Positions 8,399 through 17,954 of a stretch of DNA of 61,052 bases are shown piece after piece. The notes under the pieces are model-generated. The model searched no databases and had not been told where the DNA came from. It worked only from the letters and a program-made list of their open reading frames with translations. How positions within the stretch are numbered: the first letter of the stretch is position 1; every line of letters begins with the position of its first letter. The DNA comes from a virus (Duplodnaviria > Caudoviricetes), in IMG/VR virus record IMGVR_UViG_3300046780_000585, positions 1-61,052 of that record; one strand, given 5' to 3'. Position numbers and translations under genes: made by a program.

Positions 8399-8841
8399 TG
8401 TGCTTTAATCCCCGTTCTAACCGCGCCCCATTGCTGCAGTGTCGCAAGCGCAAGCTCGTAGGTGTCGGCAATTTGAAACGGATAGTGGTTGGCACGCGCC
8501 CAAAACTCGAACTCGACCTGCGCGTCCGACAAGCGGCCACCACGCCGTTTCAGCTCGAGGAAATGCGTCCGCAACTCAGGCCAATCCTGCGGCGGGAACA
8601 GCAGGAAATCGGGAATGCCGGCCCGCAGCCCCATCCGCTTGAGCCTCCCGCCCGCCGCCGCAGGCCGTTCCTCACCCGCTGGAAAATGCGTCGACACCCA
8701 GTTCGCCGATCGCCAACGCTCCAGCGTGTCCGCCACCTGGCAATGCAATTGAAATTCAGACGGGCCAACGTCGACGCGCTGGCCGCGCTGACGCTTGCCT
8801 TTGAACAGATGCAACTGGCGGGCAGCCCTGGCGTCGGTCAT
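8395..8841 (-). CDS. VRR-NUC (PD-(D/E)xK) nuclease
   Basis: GLRAGIPDF..FLELKRRGGRLSDAQ. Confidence 0.88.
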   Translation of the reverse strand: MTDARAARQLHLFKGKRQRGQRVDVGPSEFQLHCQVADTLERWRSANWVSTHFPAGEERPAAAGGRLKRMGLRAGIPDFLLFPPQDWPELRTHFLELKRRGGRLSDAQVEFEFWARANHYPFQIADTYELALATLQQWGAVRTGIKAQ

Positions 8842-9140
8842 GCCGCTGCCCTCTTGCTACGCGTGATGCAGTAATGCCCCGGCTGGTACCGGCAGCCCTC
8901 ACGGCGGATTCGCACGCCGCTGTCGGCGAGCAGTTCGTTCAGTTGCTGGATATGCGACTTGACGGTGTTGCGGTTGCTGCCGCCGGTGCCCCAGACGGTC
9001 GCGATCAGGTCGTCGACGCCGATCCCGATGTCGCCGGCCGCCGCAATCGCGTCGACGATGCGGCCCTTGAGCTCAGGCAGATAGACGCCGAACCGCTCAC
9101 GGCGGATCGGTTGGCGGCACCGCGGGCAGCGCATTTCCAT
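8838..9140 (-). CDS. Zn-ribbon plus winged-helix DNA-binding protein
   Basis: CPRC; NTVKSHIQQLNELL resembles an OmpR-type wHTH. Confidence 0.65.
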   Translation of the reverse strand: MEMRCPRCRQPIRRERFGVYLPELKGRIVDAIAAAGDIGIGVDDLIATVWGTGGSNRNTVKSHIQQLNELLADSGVRIRREGCRYQPGHYCITRSKRAAA

Positions 9141-9168
9141 GGCGCGTCCTCATCGTCGATGCAGGCTG

Positions 9169-9612
9169 TCATCGTTTCCGAGCCAGGGGGCGATCACTAC
9201 GGCCCATGTCGCGCAGCGCCTCCCGAGTTTGATCAATAGTCGGGCGATGAAAGTCCGGGTCCGTCTGAATGAGTAGGGACTCGAGCCGGAGGAGCCGCGT
9301 GCGGAGTTCATGAAGTTCATTGCGGGCGTGCTCATCGGATTTGCGCTGGAGCGCGGCTGCGATGCGGGCGGCTTCGGCTGGCTCGATCCGGCGGGCCTTG
9401 CCGTACCAGATGTCGAACGCGCGCCAGTACGAGAGGCCGGCGGCGCGGGCGGCTCTGGCGATGGCAGCCTTGATCTTGTCGCCACGTTCCCATGGCCCCG
9501 ATAACTCGCGCAGAGATGCGGAAACGTCCGTCAATTGAGCCTCCCAAGCAAAATGGGATCGCCCAACGATTTTGGGCAACCGCTCCCAAGGTCGCGCTGC
9601 AATGCTCGGCAC
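9169..9612 (-). CDS. Phage regulatory protein (CII position); start uncertain
   Basis: KAAIARAARAAGLSYWRAFDIWYGKARRI HTH-like segment, directly downstream of the cro-like gene. Confidence 0.65.
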   Translation of the reverse strand: MPSIAARPWERLPKIVGRSHFAWEAQLTDVSASLRELSGPWERGDKIKAAIARAARAAGLSYWRAFDIWYGKARRIEPAEAARIAAALQRKSDEHARNELHELRTRLLRLESLLIQTDPDFHRPTIDQTREALRDMGRSDRPLARKR

Positions 9613-9650
9613 ATGGAAAATCAGTGCCTCTTGTCTAAGAGTTTGTCGGC

Positions 9651-9887
9651 TCAGTTGATCGCTGCAGGGATGCGCAGCAATTCAGCCAAATCCGGTCGAA
9701 GCACGCTCGCCGGAATGCCTGTCTTTTTCACAATTCGCAGCAGAACTTCCTCGTCCGGCTTCCGCTCGCCTGCTTCCCATCTGGATACGGATGCAGTCGA
9801 TACGCCCAACAAGTCCGCAAGCTGACGGCGATTCAGCGGAGGGTCTTGCCGTTCCCGGTAAGCCCGAAGGGGATGTACTTGTTTCAT
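9651..9887 (-). CDS. Cro-like XRE HTH regulator, probably leaderless
   Basis: LNRRQLADLLGVSTASVSRWEAGERKP; ATG about 8 nt after a -10 element. Confidence 0.85.
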   Translation of the reverse strand: MKQVHPLRAYRERQDPPLNRRQLADLLGVSTASVSRWEAGERKPDEEVLLRIVKKTGIPASVLRPDLAELLRIPAAIN

Positions 9888-9894
9888 CGACACA

Positions 9895-9946
9895 AAATTA
9901 CCGAGTTGGTAATTGGCCGTCAAGCGTTTTCTTACCGAGTTGGTGA
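9895..9946 (-). promoter_or_regulatory. Leftward sigma70 promoter with two operators
   Basis: TTGACG-17-TAATTT on the minus strand; TTACC-N5-GGT(A/G)A at 9898-9912 and 9932-9946. Confidence 0.8.
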
Positions 9947-9982
9947 AAGCCGGCGATGGTCGTGGGAGGCATAATTGCCGGC

Positions 9983-10276
9983 ATGGCAAAGAAACGAAAA
10001 ACCCAATCGGCAGCTCGCTCTACGGGCCCACTATTTCTGGCCGAGTGGATGAAAGAACTAGACGTCGACGGCAATGAATTGGCTAGGCGGCTCGGGGTTT
10101 CATACACAACTGTGTGGCGATGGCAGGAATCACCGACCCGCCTCAATCCATTGAAACAAGCCCAGGTCGCTAAGGCGTTAGGAATATGGCCAGGATGCCT
10201 ATGGATGCATCCGGCAGACAAGGCTATGCGAATGATTCGATTGTTTCTTGAGGAAGAGACTACGCCTGAAAAATAA
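9983..10276 (+). CDS. XRE HTH repressor (CI position)
   Basis: NELARRLGVSYTTVWRWQ; divergent from the cro-like gene and flanked by operators. Confidence 0.8.
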   Translation: MAKKRKTQSAARSTGPLFLAEWMKELDVDGNELARRLGVSYTTVWRWQESPTRLNPLKQAQVAKALGIWPGCLWMHPADKAMRMIRLFLEEETTPEK

Positions 10277-10279
10277 TCT

Positions 10280-10330
10280 TTACCGCATTGGTAAGATAAC
10301 AGTTGACGGCAATTACCGATTTGGTAATGT
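10280..10330 (+). promoter_or_regulatory. Rightward sigma70 promoter with two operators
   Basis: TTGACG-16-TAATGT; TTACC-N5-GGTAA at 10280-10294 and 10313-10327. Confidence 0.8.
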
Positions 10331-10353
10331 GATCCCCGAACAACGGGGATACA

Positions 10354-10773
10354 GTGCCAATGCCGATCCTGACCTGTCAGCGCTGCGGCAAGCCGTTCGA
10401 GGCTCGCACTCGCCGCGCCAAGATCTGCCCCGGCCGCTGCTACAGAGCGCACGAGGCTGAATCTTCCAAGCGTGCGAGAGCACTGTATAGCGAGGAGCGC
10501 CGTCGGGCTTCTGTGCTCACAGGATGCGCAATCGCGTCTGGCCTTCTCGTCCGCCAGCCTTGCGAAGTCTGCGGATGTGGGCGCCGAAAGGCAGACGCTC
10601 ATCACGATGATTATTCCCGCCCGCTTGAAGTCAGATGGTTGTGCCGCAGCCACCACCGGCAACATCACGTGCGCCTCAACCGCGAGCAGTGCTCCCCTGC
10701 CACACGGGGATCCCCGAACAACCGGGAGCACGCCGTGCCCATGCGCACTTTCCTTCATTCCGAAAACAGCTGA
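10354..10773 (+). CDS. HNH-like endonuclease with Zn fingers
   Basis: CQRC..C..C; PCEVCG..AHHDDYSRPLEVRWLCRSHH. Confidence 0.75.
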   Translation: MPMPILTCQRCGKPFEARTRRAKICPGRCYRAHEAESSKRARALYSEERRRASVLTGCAIASGLLVRQPCEVCGCGRRKADAHHDDYSRPLEVRWLCRSHHRQHHVRLNREQCSPATRGSPNNREHAVPMRTFLHSENS

Positions 10774-10879
10774 ATGCCGCGCCGCCTGTCCCGCGTGCGG
10801 GGCAGACGGGGCGACATGCCCGTAACGCGCACCGGACGCTGATCCGGCTTTTGAAAGCGGCCAAGGAGGGCCGCACTGC

Positions 10880-11911
10880 ATGACGACGATTGAAACGACA
10901 AGCGCTGAAGCCGCACCCATCTCGGTTGCCCGCCGCAACCGCATCGACGAGGTTCGGACCAAGATCGCGGCGGTTGCAGCCGCCGCGACCTTGAACGACC
11001 GATCCACGGTGAACGCCATCCTCGCCGATGCTGCCGTTGGTGAATACGGCTATGGCTCCAAGCTCTATGATATCACGCCCGGCGTCGGAGCCGTGATCTT
11101 TATCGAGCACAATCCTCATAACCGGGACTGGGATCCGGCATGGTCCCTGGAGCTTGCCCGCCGCCAGCGTATGCAAATCTGGCGCAAGAATAACGAAGTT
11201 CCGGGATTCTACCGGGACGGCAAACTCGCTGACGCACAGCATCGCTTTGCTGCCTGTGCCCTTTCGGGCATGACGTGGACGACGGTTATCGTCTTCGGCA
11301 TGGACCGCAACTCGATCACCACTGTCGACGCAGGTCGACGGCGTGATGCGGCATCCGCCCTGAAGATGGACGGCATCCGCGAAACCAAGCTCAAGCAGAC
11401 CGTCATCAAGACTGCGGCGAGCTATCTGGTCAAGCTCGGCAACGAGACTGCCGCCCTGCGTTCGGAGGTCGAAATTGCAGACTCGATCCAGAGCAATAAT
11501 GGCGTGCTGGAAATTGCAATCTCGATCGCGGAGGCCAGCGAGCAGAACCTCGTCAACCCGGTGCTCAAGACCACGATCGCGGCGACGGTGGGATATCTCG
11601 GCTTGACGCATGGTTGGCCGGAACAGCGGGTGCGTGAAAAACTCGCACTGTTCCAGACCGGCCAGTCCAGCGCCGGCGAGTCCGAGCCTTTCTTCCTGGC
11701 CGGCCAGATCATCGAGAAGGCCCGCGCCAAGTCGAACGCCCAGGACAAACTCTCAACCATCAAGGAGGTCGGGCTGGTGGTTCATGCCCTGCGTCTTACG
11801 ACGCAAGGTGTGCGCGCCACCACCAAGGCCAAAATGATGAGCGCGATCAAGTCCGAGCTGCCGAAGGTCGATTATCCGGGCGAGACCCCGGTGTCGGAGG
11901 CGGCGGAGTAG
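10880..11911 (+). CDS. Protein with ParB/DGQHR-like N-terminal motif
   Basis: HNPHNR..GKLADAQHRFAA..TVDAGRRR; AAGGAGG SD. Confidence 0.65.
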   Translation: MTTIETTSAEAAPISVARRNRIDEVRTKIAAVAAAATLNDRSTVNAILADAAVGEYGYGSKLYDITPGVGAVIFIEHNPHNRDWDPAWSLELARRQRMQIWRKNNEVPGFYRDGKLADAQHRFAACALSGMTWTTVIVFGMDRNSITTVDAGRRRDAASALKMDGIRETKLKQTVIKTAASYLVKLGNETAALRSEVEIADSIQSNNGVLEIAISIAEASEQNLVNPVLKTTIAATVGYLGLTHGWPEQRVREKLALFQTGQSSAGESEPFFLAGQIIEKARAKSNAQDKLSTIKEVGLVVHALRLTTQGVRATTKAKMMSAIKSELPKVDYPGETPVSEAAE

Positions 11912-11962
11912 GTGCAATTTGCCGGGGCGCAAATGCCCCGGCCTTTTCGGAAATGGTGAATT

Positions 11963-13201
11963 ATGACTGAAGCCGCAGTAACCATTCTTGATGACGAGCG
12001 CTTGATCCGCGATGGCGAGGCTGCCGTTGATCTCTACAACAAAGACCTCAAGAACGCCCGGGCCCGCATCATGCCGATGGCGCGAGGGTTGCTTGCGGCC
12101 AAGCGCAAATATCCTGCGACACAGGACTTCGGTGACTGGCTGCACACGTCGAGCTATCGAGAGATCGGCGACACGGATCGCGCCGCGCTGATCAAGATCG
12201 GTGAGCAAGATGAATTCGCTAGCAAGTTCGTAAGAACTACCAATTTAATATCTCCCAGAGCGATCTGGGATGCCATTACTGAACTGCAATCGACTTCCCG
12301 ACTCGGGAACTCGACCGCTGCGGTTACCAGCATTGTCGAACAGCCGGAAATTGCCATCGATTCGACGGAGAAACCGCAATCGCCCCTGCACGCCGAGACA
12401 CCAGAGTTAGGTATAGCTCGCGTCGAGGTCAGCCACCGGAGCCCACTGCATGACGTGCCTCGCGTTAAGGAGGTTTATGCAATCTTCTCGCAGGCGAATA
12501 CCCGCGGCACGCTAAACGCGCTCAAAGGCAAACGCGCCTTTGCTCCAATTTGGCAACTTATTCTGACGGCGCTCGACGCCGGCATGTTGCAACCGACGCA
12601 TACAAAAATAACTGAACCAAATCTGCGATTCCTGTTCCCCTTGGGCAGCGGTCGCTATTGCGGAAAATTCGACCTGACTGACACGAAGACGCGTGAGCAC
12701 GTCCGAGACATCATGTTGCCGGCAATGATTGCTTGCCGAGACAACCTGCTGGCCGCGCCCGAACGCATGCGCGAAATTCTCAATGAGTACGAGAGGGGTC
12801 GCAGCACCCAGCAACAACAGGCCGTTATCGCCGAAAAGCGTTCCGTCGCAGTAAAGTCTCTTCCGGTAACGGAGCAAGAGTTGATGATGTTCGGGCAGAC
12901 CGTCTGGCCCAGGCTTGGCATCAATCAGGGTGAATACACCTACGACCAAGTGCGCGCCGCGATATGGACCTTCCGTGATTACGAATCATGGAACCAGATG
13001 GCGAAGGAAGACACCGGATCACATGCGCTCCGGATTCGGAACTCGCTGCGCTATCTCGGAGAGTATCTCCAGCGCACCGACCGTAACAACCCGATGGCCA
13101 AAATCTTCTCGCTCATCCTTTGGTTCTCTCATCTCATGGAGAAGAGCCCGAACGGCGAATGCAAGTGGCCGATGTATCCGCACGTCGAAGGGCAGTGGTG
13201 A
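11963..13201 (+). CDS. Hypothetical protein
   Basis: 412-aa ORF; GLLAAKRKY..FGDWL resembles the DUF3102-like N-terminus. Confidence 0.7.
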   Translation: MTEAAVTILDDERLIRDGEAAVDLYNKDLKNARARIMPMARGLLAAKRKYPATQDFGDWLHTSSYREIGDTDRAALIKIGEQDEFASKFVRTTNLISPRAIWDAITELQSTSRLGNSTAAVTSIVEQPEIAIDSTEKPQSPLHAETPELGIARVEVSHRSPLHDVPRVKEVYAIFSQANTRGTLNALKGKRAFAPIWQLILTALDAGMLQPTHTKITEPNLRFLFPLGSGRYCGKFDLTDTKTREHVRDIMLPAMIACRDNLLAAPERMREILNEYERGRSTQQQQAVIAEKRSVAVKSLPVTEQELMMFGQTVWPRLGINQGEYTYDQVRAAIWTFRDYESWNQMAKEDTGSHALRIRNSLRYLGEYLQRTDRNNPMAKIFSLILWFSHLMEKSPNGECKWPMYPHVEGQW

Positions 13202-13204
13202 TCT

Positions 13205-14125
13205 ATGAAGATCGAGCGCATCGAGATCACGGGCCGCGATCAATGGCTGAATCTGCGCAAGCCCGACGTGACCGCCAGCGTCGTTGCGGCCCTTTTCGGC
13301 GCTCACCCGTACACATCTGCACTCAAACTGTATCTCGCTCACTCGGGGGTCGAATTCGACCAGGCCGACGATCGCGTCTTGCGGCGTGGTCGTTTGATGG
13401 AACCGGCTGTCGCGCTGGCGGTGAGCGAGGAGCGGGCGGAATGGCAGATCGAGAAATGCGATTCTTACTATCGCGACCCCGACTTGCGGCTCGGCGCCAC
13501 TCCCGATTTCTTCATTCACGGCGATCCGCGCGGCCTCGGCGTTTTGCAAACCAAGACCGCCGCGCCACACATCTTTGAGCGCGACTGGGAAGGCGGCGCC
13601 ACGGTGCCGTTTTGGGTTCAACTGCAAGTGCTCACCGAAGCGATGCTGACCGAGGCCGCCTTCGGAGCCGTCGCCGTCCTGCGGGTCGATGCCTTCGATC
13701 TCGCATTGGCCATCGTCGAGGTGCCGCGCCACCCTGCCGCCGAGCAGCGCATCAAAGCGGCGGTCGCCCAATTCTGGGAAGACGTTGCCGCCGGCCGGGA
13801 GCCAGATCCCGATTACGGCAAGGATGCCGAATTGCTCAAGGTGATCGCGCCGCACGAGGTTGTCGGCACGACGGTCGACCTGAGCGGCGACAACGAACTG
13901 CCCGCGCTGCTCGAGCAGCGGGAGGAAATCATGACGGGGATCAAAGGCTTCGAGGCCCGCAAAGACGAGATCGAAACGATGCTGAAATTCAAAATGCGAG
14001 ACGCCGAGAGTGTCGTCGGCCTGCCCGAATGGGGCATCAGTTGGAAAAGCCAGCATCGCAAAGAGTTTGTCGTGCCGGCCAAAGACGTTCGCACGCTCCG
14101 CATTCACCACAAAGGACAACGCTGA
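13205..14125 (+). CDS. YqaJ/lambda-exonuclease family protein
   Basis: WLNLRK..TAS, GRLMEP, LGATPD, LQTKT, VQLQ. Confidence 0.9.
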   Translation: MKIERIEITGRDQWLNLRKPDVTASVVAALFGAHPYTSALKLYLAHSGVEFDQADDRVLRRGRLMEPAVALAVSEERAEWQIEKCDSYYRDPDLRLGATPDFFIHGDPRGLGVLQTKTAAPHIFERDWEGGATVPFWVQLQVLTEAMLTEAAFGAVAVLRVDAFDLALAIVEVPRHPAAEQRIKAAVAQFWEDVAAGREPDPDYGKDAELLKVIAPHEVVGTTVDLSGDNELPALLEQREEIMTGIKGFEARKDEIETMLKFKMRDAESVVGLPEWGISWKSQHRKEFVVPAKDVRTLRIHHKGQR

Positions 14126-15153
14126 TGGCCGAAGCCGCGACAAAACAGAACCATCCGCTGGTCGTGCTCAATACCTATCTGCAGGAGCGCGTCGATTCCC
14201 TGCGCACGGCGTTGCCGCCGCATATGAAGCCCGAGCGGTTCATCTCGTCGGTGATGACCGCGGTGCAGCTCAACCCCGACTTGCTCGCATGCGAACGGCG
14301 CTCGTTGTGGCTCGCCTGTATGCGCGCGGCGCAGGATGGGCTGTTGCCGGACGGCAAGGACGCGGCGATCGTCGCCTACAAGCAGAAGGCCCAATACCTT
14401 CCCATGTATCAGGGATTGCTGCGCAAGTTCCGCAACAGCGGGCAATTCAAATGGATCACCGCCGGCGTCGTCTATGACGGTGAAGTGTTCGAACACTGGA
14501 TCGATGAAAACGGCGAGCACTTTAAGCACGTGCCGAGCAACGACAATCCAGATCGCAAGGTGCGGCGCGTCTATTCGCTGGCAACCACCAAGGACGGCGG
14601 GGTTTTCATTGCCGACCTGTCGCTGGCCGACATCAACAAGCGCCGCAACATGAGCCGCGCTGCGAGAGACGACGCGCCCTGGAAACAGTGGCCAGATGAG
14701 ATGATGAAGAAGACGGCGCTGCGCGTGCTCTCGAAGTTGCTGCCGCAATCGAGCGACATCGACGTGTTCTTGCAGCGCGACGAGGCGGAATCGCTCGGCG
14801 TTGAACCCGTCGAGACGATCAGCGATCAACGCGGCGCGGCCTTCGGCAACGTGCTTGATCATTTTGCCGGGACCGGCGAGCCCGAGACGCCGCCGCCCGC
14901 GGAGTCAGGACCGGAGGCGGCCGGCGAGGCGCAGGGCGAGGCCACACCCAATCCACCTCGCCCTGCGCCGACCTCCCGCGGTGACGTTGTCGAGGTTGCC
15001 TATAAGCGCGGCGTGACCTGGCGCGAGCTCGCCCGCCCGCGCAAAGGCATGCCGCCCGAATACCGCGACCCGGGGCATTCGCGCGAGGCAAGCGCTTGGG
15101 AAGCCGGTTTCGACGGCGCGCCAATGCCGACGTTCCCGGAGGAATCGAAATGA
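14125..15153 (+). CDS. recT: RecT family recombinase
   Basis: ALPPHMKPERF, AAQDGLLPDG, PMYQGL, PWKQWPDEMMKKTALR; coupled to YqaJ. Confidence 0.9.
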   Translation: MAEAATKQNHPLVVLNTYLQERVDSLRTALPPHMKPERFISSVMTAVQLNPDLLACERRSLWLACMRAAQDGLLPDGKDAAIVAYKQKAQYLPMYQGLLRKFRNSGQFKWITAGVVYDGEVFEHWIDENGEHFKHVPSNDNPDRKVRRVYSLATTKDGGVFIADLSLADINKRRNMSRAARDDAPWKQWPDEMMKKTALRVLSKLLPQSSDIDVFLQRDEAESLGVEPVETISDQRGAAFGNVLDHFAGTGEPETPPPAESGPEAAGEAQGEATPNPPRPAPTSRGDVVEVAYKRGVTWRELARPRKGMPPEYRDPGHSREASAWEAGFDGAPMPTFPEESK

Positions 15154-15479
15154 CTGCGTTCAAGGACGCATTTGCGAAAGCCGGAATGGACACGAACCAG
15201 CTCGATCTACGCATGACGAACTACGATCATTGGAAGACGACCGAGCCAGAGCCACAGGGTGAGCCCATGCCGCGGAAAAAATCTGATGCTGACGATGAAC
15301 CGCGTTTCACCGACGAGGAAAAGGCCAAGTGCGCGCTGCGCGAGGCGGCCTGGCGGCGAAGGGTATACGGCAACGCCGTCGCCAAGGGCCGTATGACGCA
15401 GGAGCAGGCCGATCACGAGATCGCCATGATGGATGAGATAGCGGATGACTATTCGACTGCGGCGAGGTTGCCGCTATGA
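15150..15479 (+). CDS. Hypothetical protein
   Basis: KAKCALREAAWRRRVY..GRMTQEQADHEIAMM; ATGA coupling. Confidence 0.65.
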   Translation: MTAFKDAFAKAGMDTNQLDLRMTNYDHWKTTEPEPQGEPMPRKKSDADDEPRFTDEEKAKCALREAAWRRRVYGNAVAKGRMTQEQADHEIAMMDEIADDYSTAARLPL

Positions 15480-15820
15480 GGGCGATCTATTCCGTGACGG
15501 TCGCCGCCATCGCGGTGTTGTTGGTGACGGTGTCGCTGCGCGGATATGCGGCAAAGCCATCCGCTGCCAAGCCGGCGTCGGTGTCGTTGCTCGTCGAGCC
15601 GCCGCCGGCGAAGGCGGATCGGCTATCGGTCCCGAAGCCGCCACCGCCTCCGCCGAAGCCGGTGCCCCCGCCGCCTCCGGTCGCCGAGCTGATCGAGCCG
15701 CCGGCCGTGGTTGCTGAGGCGCCGCCGCCCAAGCCACACGCCGATCCGGTCTGCGGGGCGCGCGGGCGGACTTGGTACACGCGCGAGAACGGATGGCGGT
15801 ACTGGAGATGTAATCGATGA
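15476..15820 (+). CDS. Exported Pro-rich protein with C-terminal Cys-bracketed Trp-rich motif
   Basis: Hydrophobic N-terminus, poly-Pro linker, ends CGARGRTWYTRENGWRYWRCNR. Confidence 0.7.
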   Translation: MRAIYSVTVAAIAVLLVTVSLRGYAAKPSAAKPASVSLLVEPPPAKADRLSVPKPPPPPPKPVPPPPPVAELIEPPAVVAEAPPPKPHADPVCGARGRTWYTRENGWRYWRCNR

Positions 15821-16140
15821 GGACGATCTCGGCGGCGCGGATGAAGGGCAACGGCATGGGGCATACGAATCGCATTCCGCGTGAGGGCACCCATCTGCGC
15901 AAGATATGGGACCTGTTCCAGTCCACGCCAGGCGTCGTCATACCCATGGTCATTCTAGGCAAGAACAAGAACGCCTTGTTTCAGCTCCGCGATTTCTACG
16001 GATTGGACATCCGCTGCATCAGGTACGGCAAATGGTGCCTGTGCGGTGAATGGATTGCTGGCGGCGGCTACATCGATTACGTGGCCGCTCGGCATGGGAT
16101 GGATGGAGTAAAGGAGGGCGATGCAATCAACAAAAGCTGA
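15817..16140 (+). CDS. Hypothetical protein
   Basis: ATGA-coupled ORF. Confidence 0.6.
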   Translation: MRTISAARMKGNGMGHTNRIPREGTHLRKIWDLFQSTPGVVIPMVILGKNKNALFQLRDFYGLDIRCIRYGKWCLCGEWIAGGGYIDYVAARHGMDGVKEGDAINKS

Positions 16141-16176
16141 TCTGGGAATCAAACACTTTCACATGAGGTAACAGAA

Positions 16177-16836
16177 ATGAAGAAGCTTCTAGCTACGACC
16201 GCCATCCTGGCGGCGCTCACTCTACCGGCTTCGGCCACCATCCTCGACTGGAACTTCCAGGACCATCTCGGCGTGCTGCCCAACACGCAGACCTTCACGG
16301 CCGGCGGGTTTGGCCTCAGTGCTCGTGGCTTCACGGCCAGTGATGCTGGCACCGCCCTGTTCGGCAAGAACGGAGGCGGTGACGAGAACGGTCTCGGCCT
16401 CAACAATGACGCATCCGGCGATCACGAAATCACCGGGGGCAACTTCGTCCAGTTGAACCTGGACGGCCTATTGGGCCTCTTGGACATCAACTCCTTCACC
16501 TTCCAGATGGGCTCGACCACCCAGGGCGAGGGCTGGAAAGTGTTCGGTTCGAACGACGCCCATCCGTTCCAGTTCACGCTACTCGCCCAGAGCAGCGGCA
16601 CCGGCGACGAGGGCTTCCACACCCTCGCCGGTGGTTGGGACAACTACAACTTTTTCTACTTCGGTTCCGGCGTTGGCGCTTGCGGTTCCGGCTGCAACGC
16701 CAACGTGCTGCTGACCAACTTCGACGCCACCTTGGCGGCCACCCCGCTGCCTGGCGCTCTTGGCTTCTTTGCGGCCGGATTGCTTGGTTTGGGTGGCTTG
16801 GTGCGCAGCCTCCGCAAACAGTGTGGCGTTGCGTAG
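16177..16836 (+). CDS. PEP-CTERM/VPLPA-CTERM-like surface protein
   Basis: Signal peptide MKKLLATTAILAALTLPASA; C-terminal TPLPGA + TM helix + RSLRK. Confidence 0.82.
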   Translation: MKKLLATTAILAALTLPASATILDWNFQDHLGVLPNTQTFTAGGFGLSARGFTASDAGTALFGKNGGGDENGLGLNNDASGDHEITGGNFVQLNLDGLLGLLDINSFTFQMGSTTQGEGWKVFGSNDAHPFQFTLLAQSSGTGDEGFHTLAGGWDNYNFFYFGSGVGACGSGCNANVLLTNFDATLAATPLPGALGFFAAGLLGLGGLVRSLRKQCGVA

Positions 16837-16933
16837 TGCAAGAGTAGGCTGACGTTGCTTCCCGCTCCGTCAGCGTACAGGCCCGCCGGGATGATACCGC
16901 CATCCATCGGCATCCCGCCCGGCGGGCCACTTT

Positions 16934-17059
16934 GTGACTAGGCATAGACCCAACCGAAAACGACGCCACAAGGTGGCCGCCCATTGGCGAGTCATCCGCC
17001 TCAAGAACGGTCGTAAGAAGCGTATCCAGGTCAAGAGCAGCGAACGTGGAGGAAAATGA
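16934..17059 (+). CDS. Small very basic protein (41 aa)
   Basis: GTG start, MTRHRPNRKRRHKVAAHWRV...; stop overlaps the next ATG; weak SD. Confidence 0.4.
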   Translation: MTRHRPNRKRRHKVAAHWRVIRLKNGRKKRIQVKSSERGGK

Positions 17060-17298
17060 CCATGCAAATCCCGATACCGCTCGGGCTCGTGCGCCTGGTG
17101 GACCACATTCAGGACTGGGGCAGCCAGACGCTCTATGGCCCGTTCCGCCGTATGGACCCGGTCATCGCCGTGACGGCCGTTGCCGTAACCGGCTGGTCCT
17201 GGATCACTGGCGGCTGGTTTCCAGCCCTGCAGACCGCCGCCAGCTTCCTGTTCGGGGTCATGGCAGTCGTGCTGCTGATGCCGCCAGAAGAAAATTAA
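17056..17298 (+). CDS. Small membrane protein
   Basis: GGAGG SD; two hydrophobic segments. Confidence 0.65.
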   Translation: MTMQIPIPLGLVRLVDHIQDWGSQTLYGPFRRMDPVIAVTAVAVTGWSWITGGWFPALQTAASFLFGVMAVVLLMPPEEN

Positions 17299-17302
17299 CG
17301 CC

Positions 17303-17515
17303 ATGAGCCGTACCCAAATATCCGCCGACGAGATCGCTGCCACCGTGCCACTGCGGCGCATCGAGCGCCTGCGCGACGAGATGGACGTCATGGACCTCGC
17401 CGCGATGCTGGTCACCGTATTCGCCGTCGATCAGATCGAGATCGCCGACGCCCTAAAGCAGCGGCGCTTGGAACTGAAACTCAGAACGTGGAACCTCGAC
17501 GGAGAAGAGGCATGA
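17303..17515 (+). CDS. Hypothetical protein
   Basis: Tightly packed ORF. Confidence 0.6.
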   Translation: MSRTQISADEIAATVPLRRIERLRDEMDVMDLAAMLVTVFAVDQIEIADALKQRRLELKLRTWNLDGEEA

Positions 17516-17922
17516 ACTCAGACGACATCGTGAAGCTGGGCGAGGATCTGGCCAAGGCCATCGTGCAGGCCGCGCAGGATCAGTTGACCAAGGCGCAGGC
17601 CGAGCTCGACCGAGCCAAGTCGGTGGCCGACATCGTCCTGGGCCAGGCCAACGACGAGGCCCGCCGGATCGACGACGGTATCGCCAGCCGCAAGGCCGCT
17701 ACCGAGAAGATTCTGGAGGGTTACACCATTCTCGAAAGGCGGACGGCCGACGATCCCCGGCAGCCGGGGCCACCTCCCGGCGTCTACAACGACAGGGACG
17801 ACGACGCGACCGGCCAGGCCTATCGAGATGAACTGAAGCACAAGACCGAGGGCCAATTCTTTAGCGACGAACTCAGCAAGCTTAATTCCCGCTACCCGTC
17901 TTTGGTCGATGGCAAGCGGTGA
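17512..17922 (+). CDS. Hypothetical coiled-coil protein
   Basis: ATGA coupling with SD. Confidence 0.65.
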   Translation: MNSDDIVKLGEDLAKAIVQAAQDQLTKAQAELDRAKSVADIVLGQANDEARRIDDGIASRKAATEKILEGYTILERRTADDPRQPGPPPGVYNDRDDDATGQAYRDELKHKTEGQFFSDELSKLNSRYPSLVDGKR

Positions 17923-17954
17923 TCCGTTACACCGGCACCAGAGGGGATGAAGGA

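Noticed and set aside
6300-8874. Long plus-strand ORFs (6300..7376, 7552..8874) and similar shadow ORFs elsewhere
   Set aside because: They are antisense to well-supported genes in GC-rich DNA and have no motifs.
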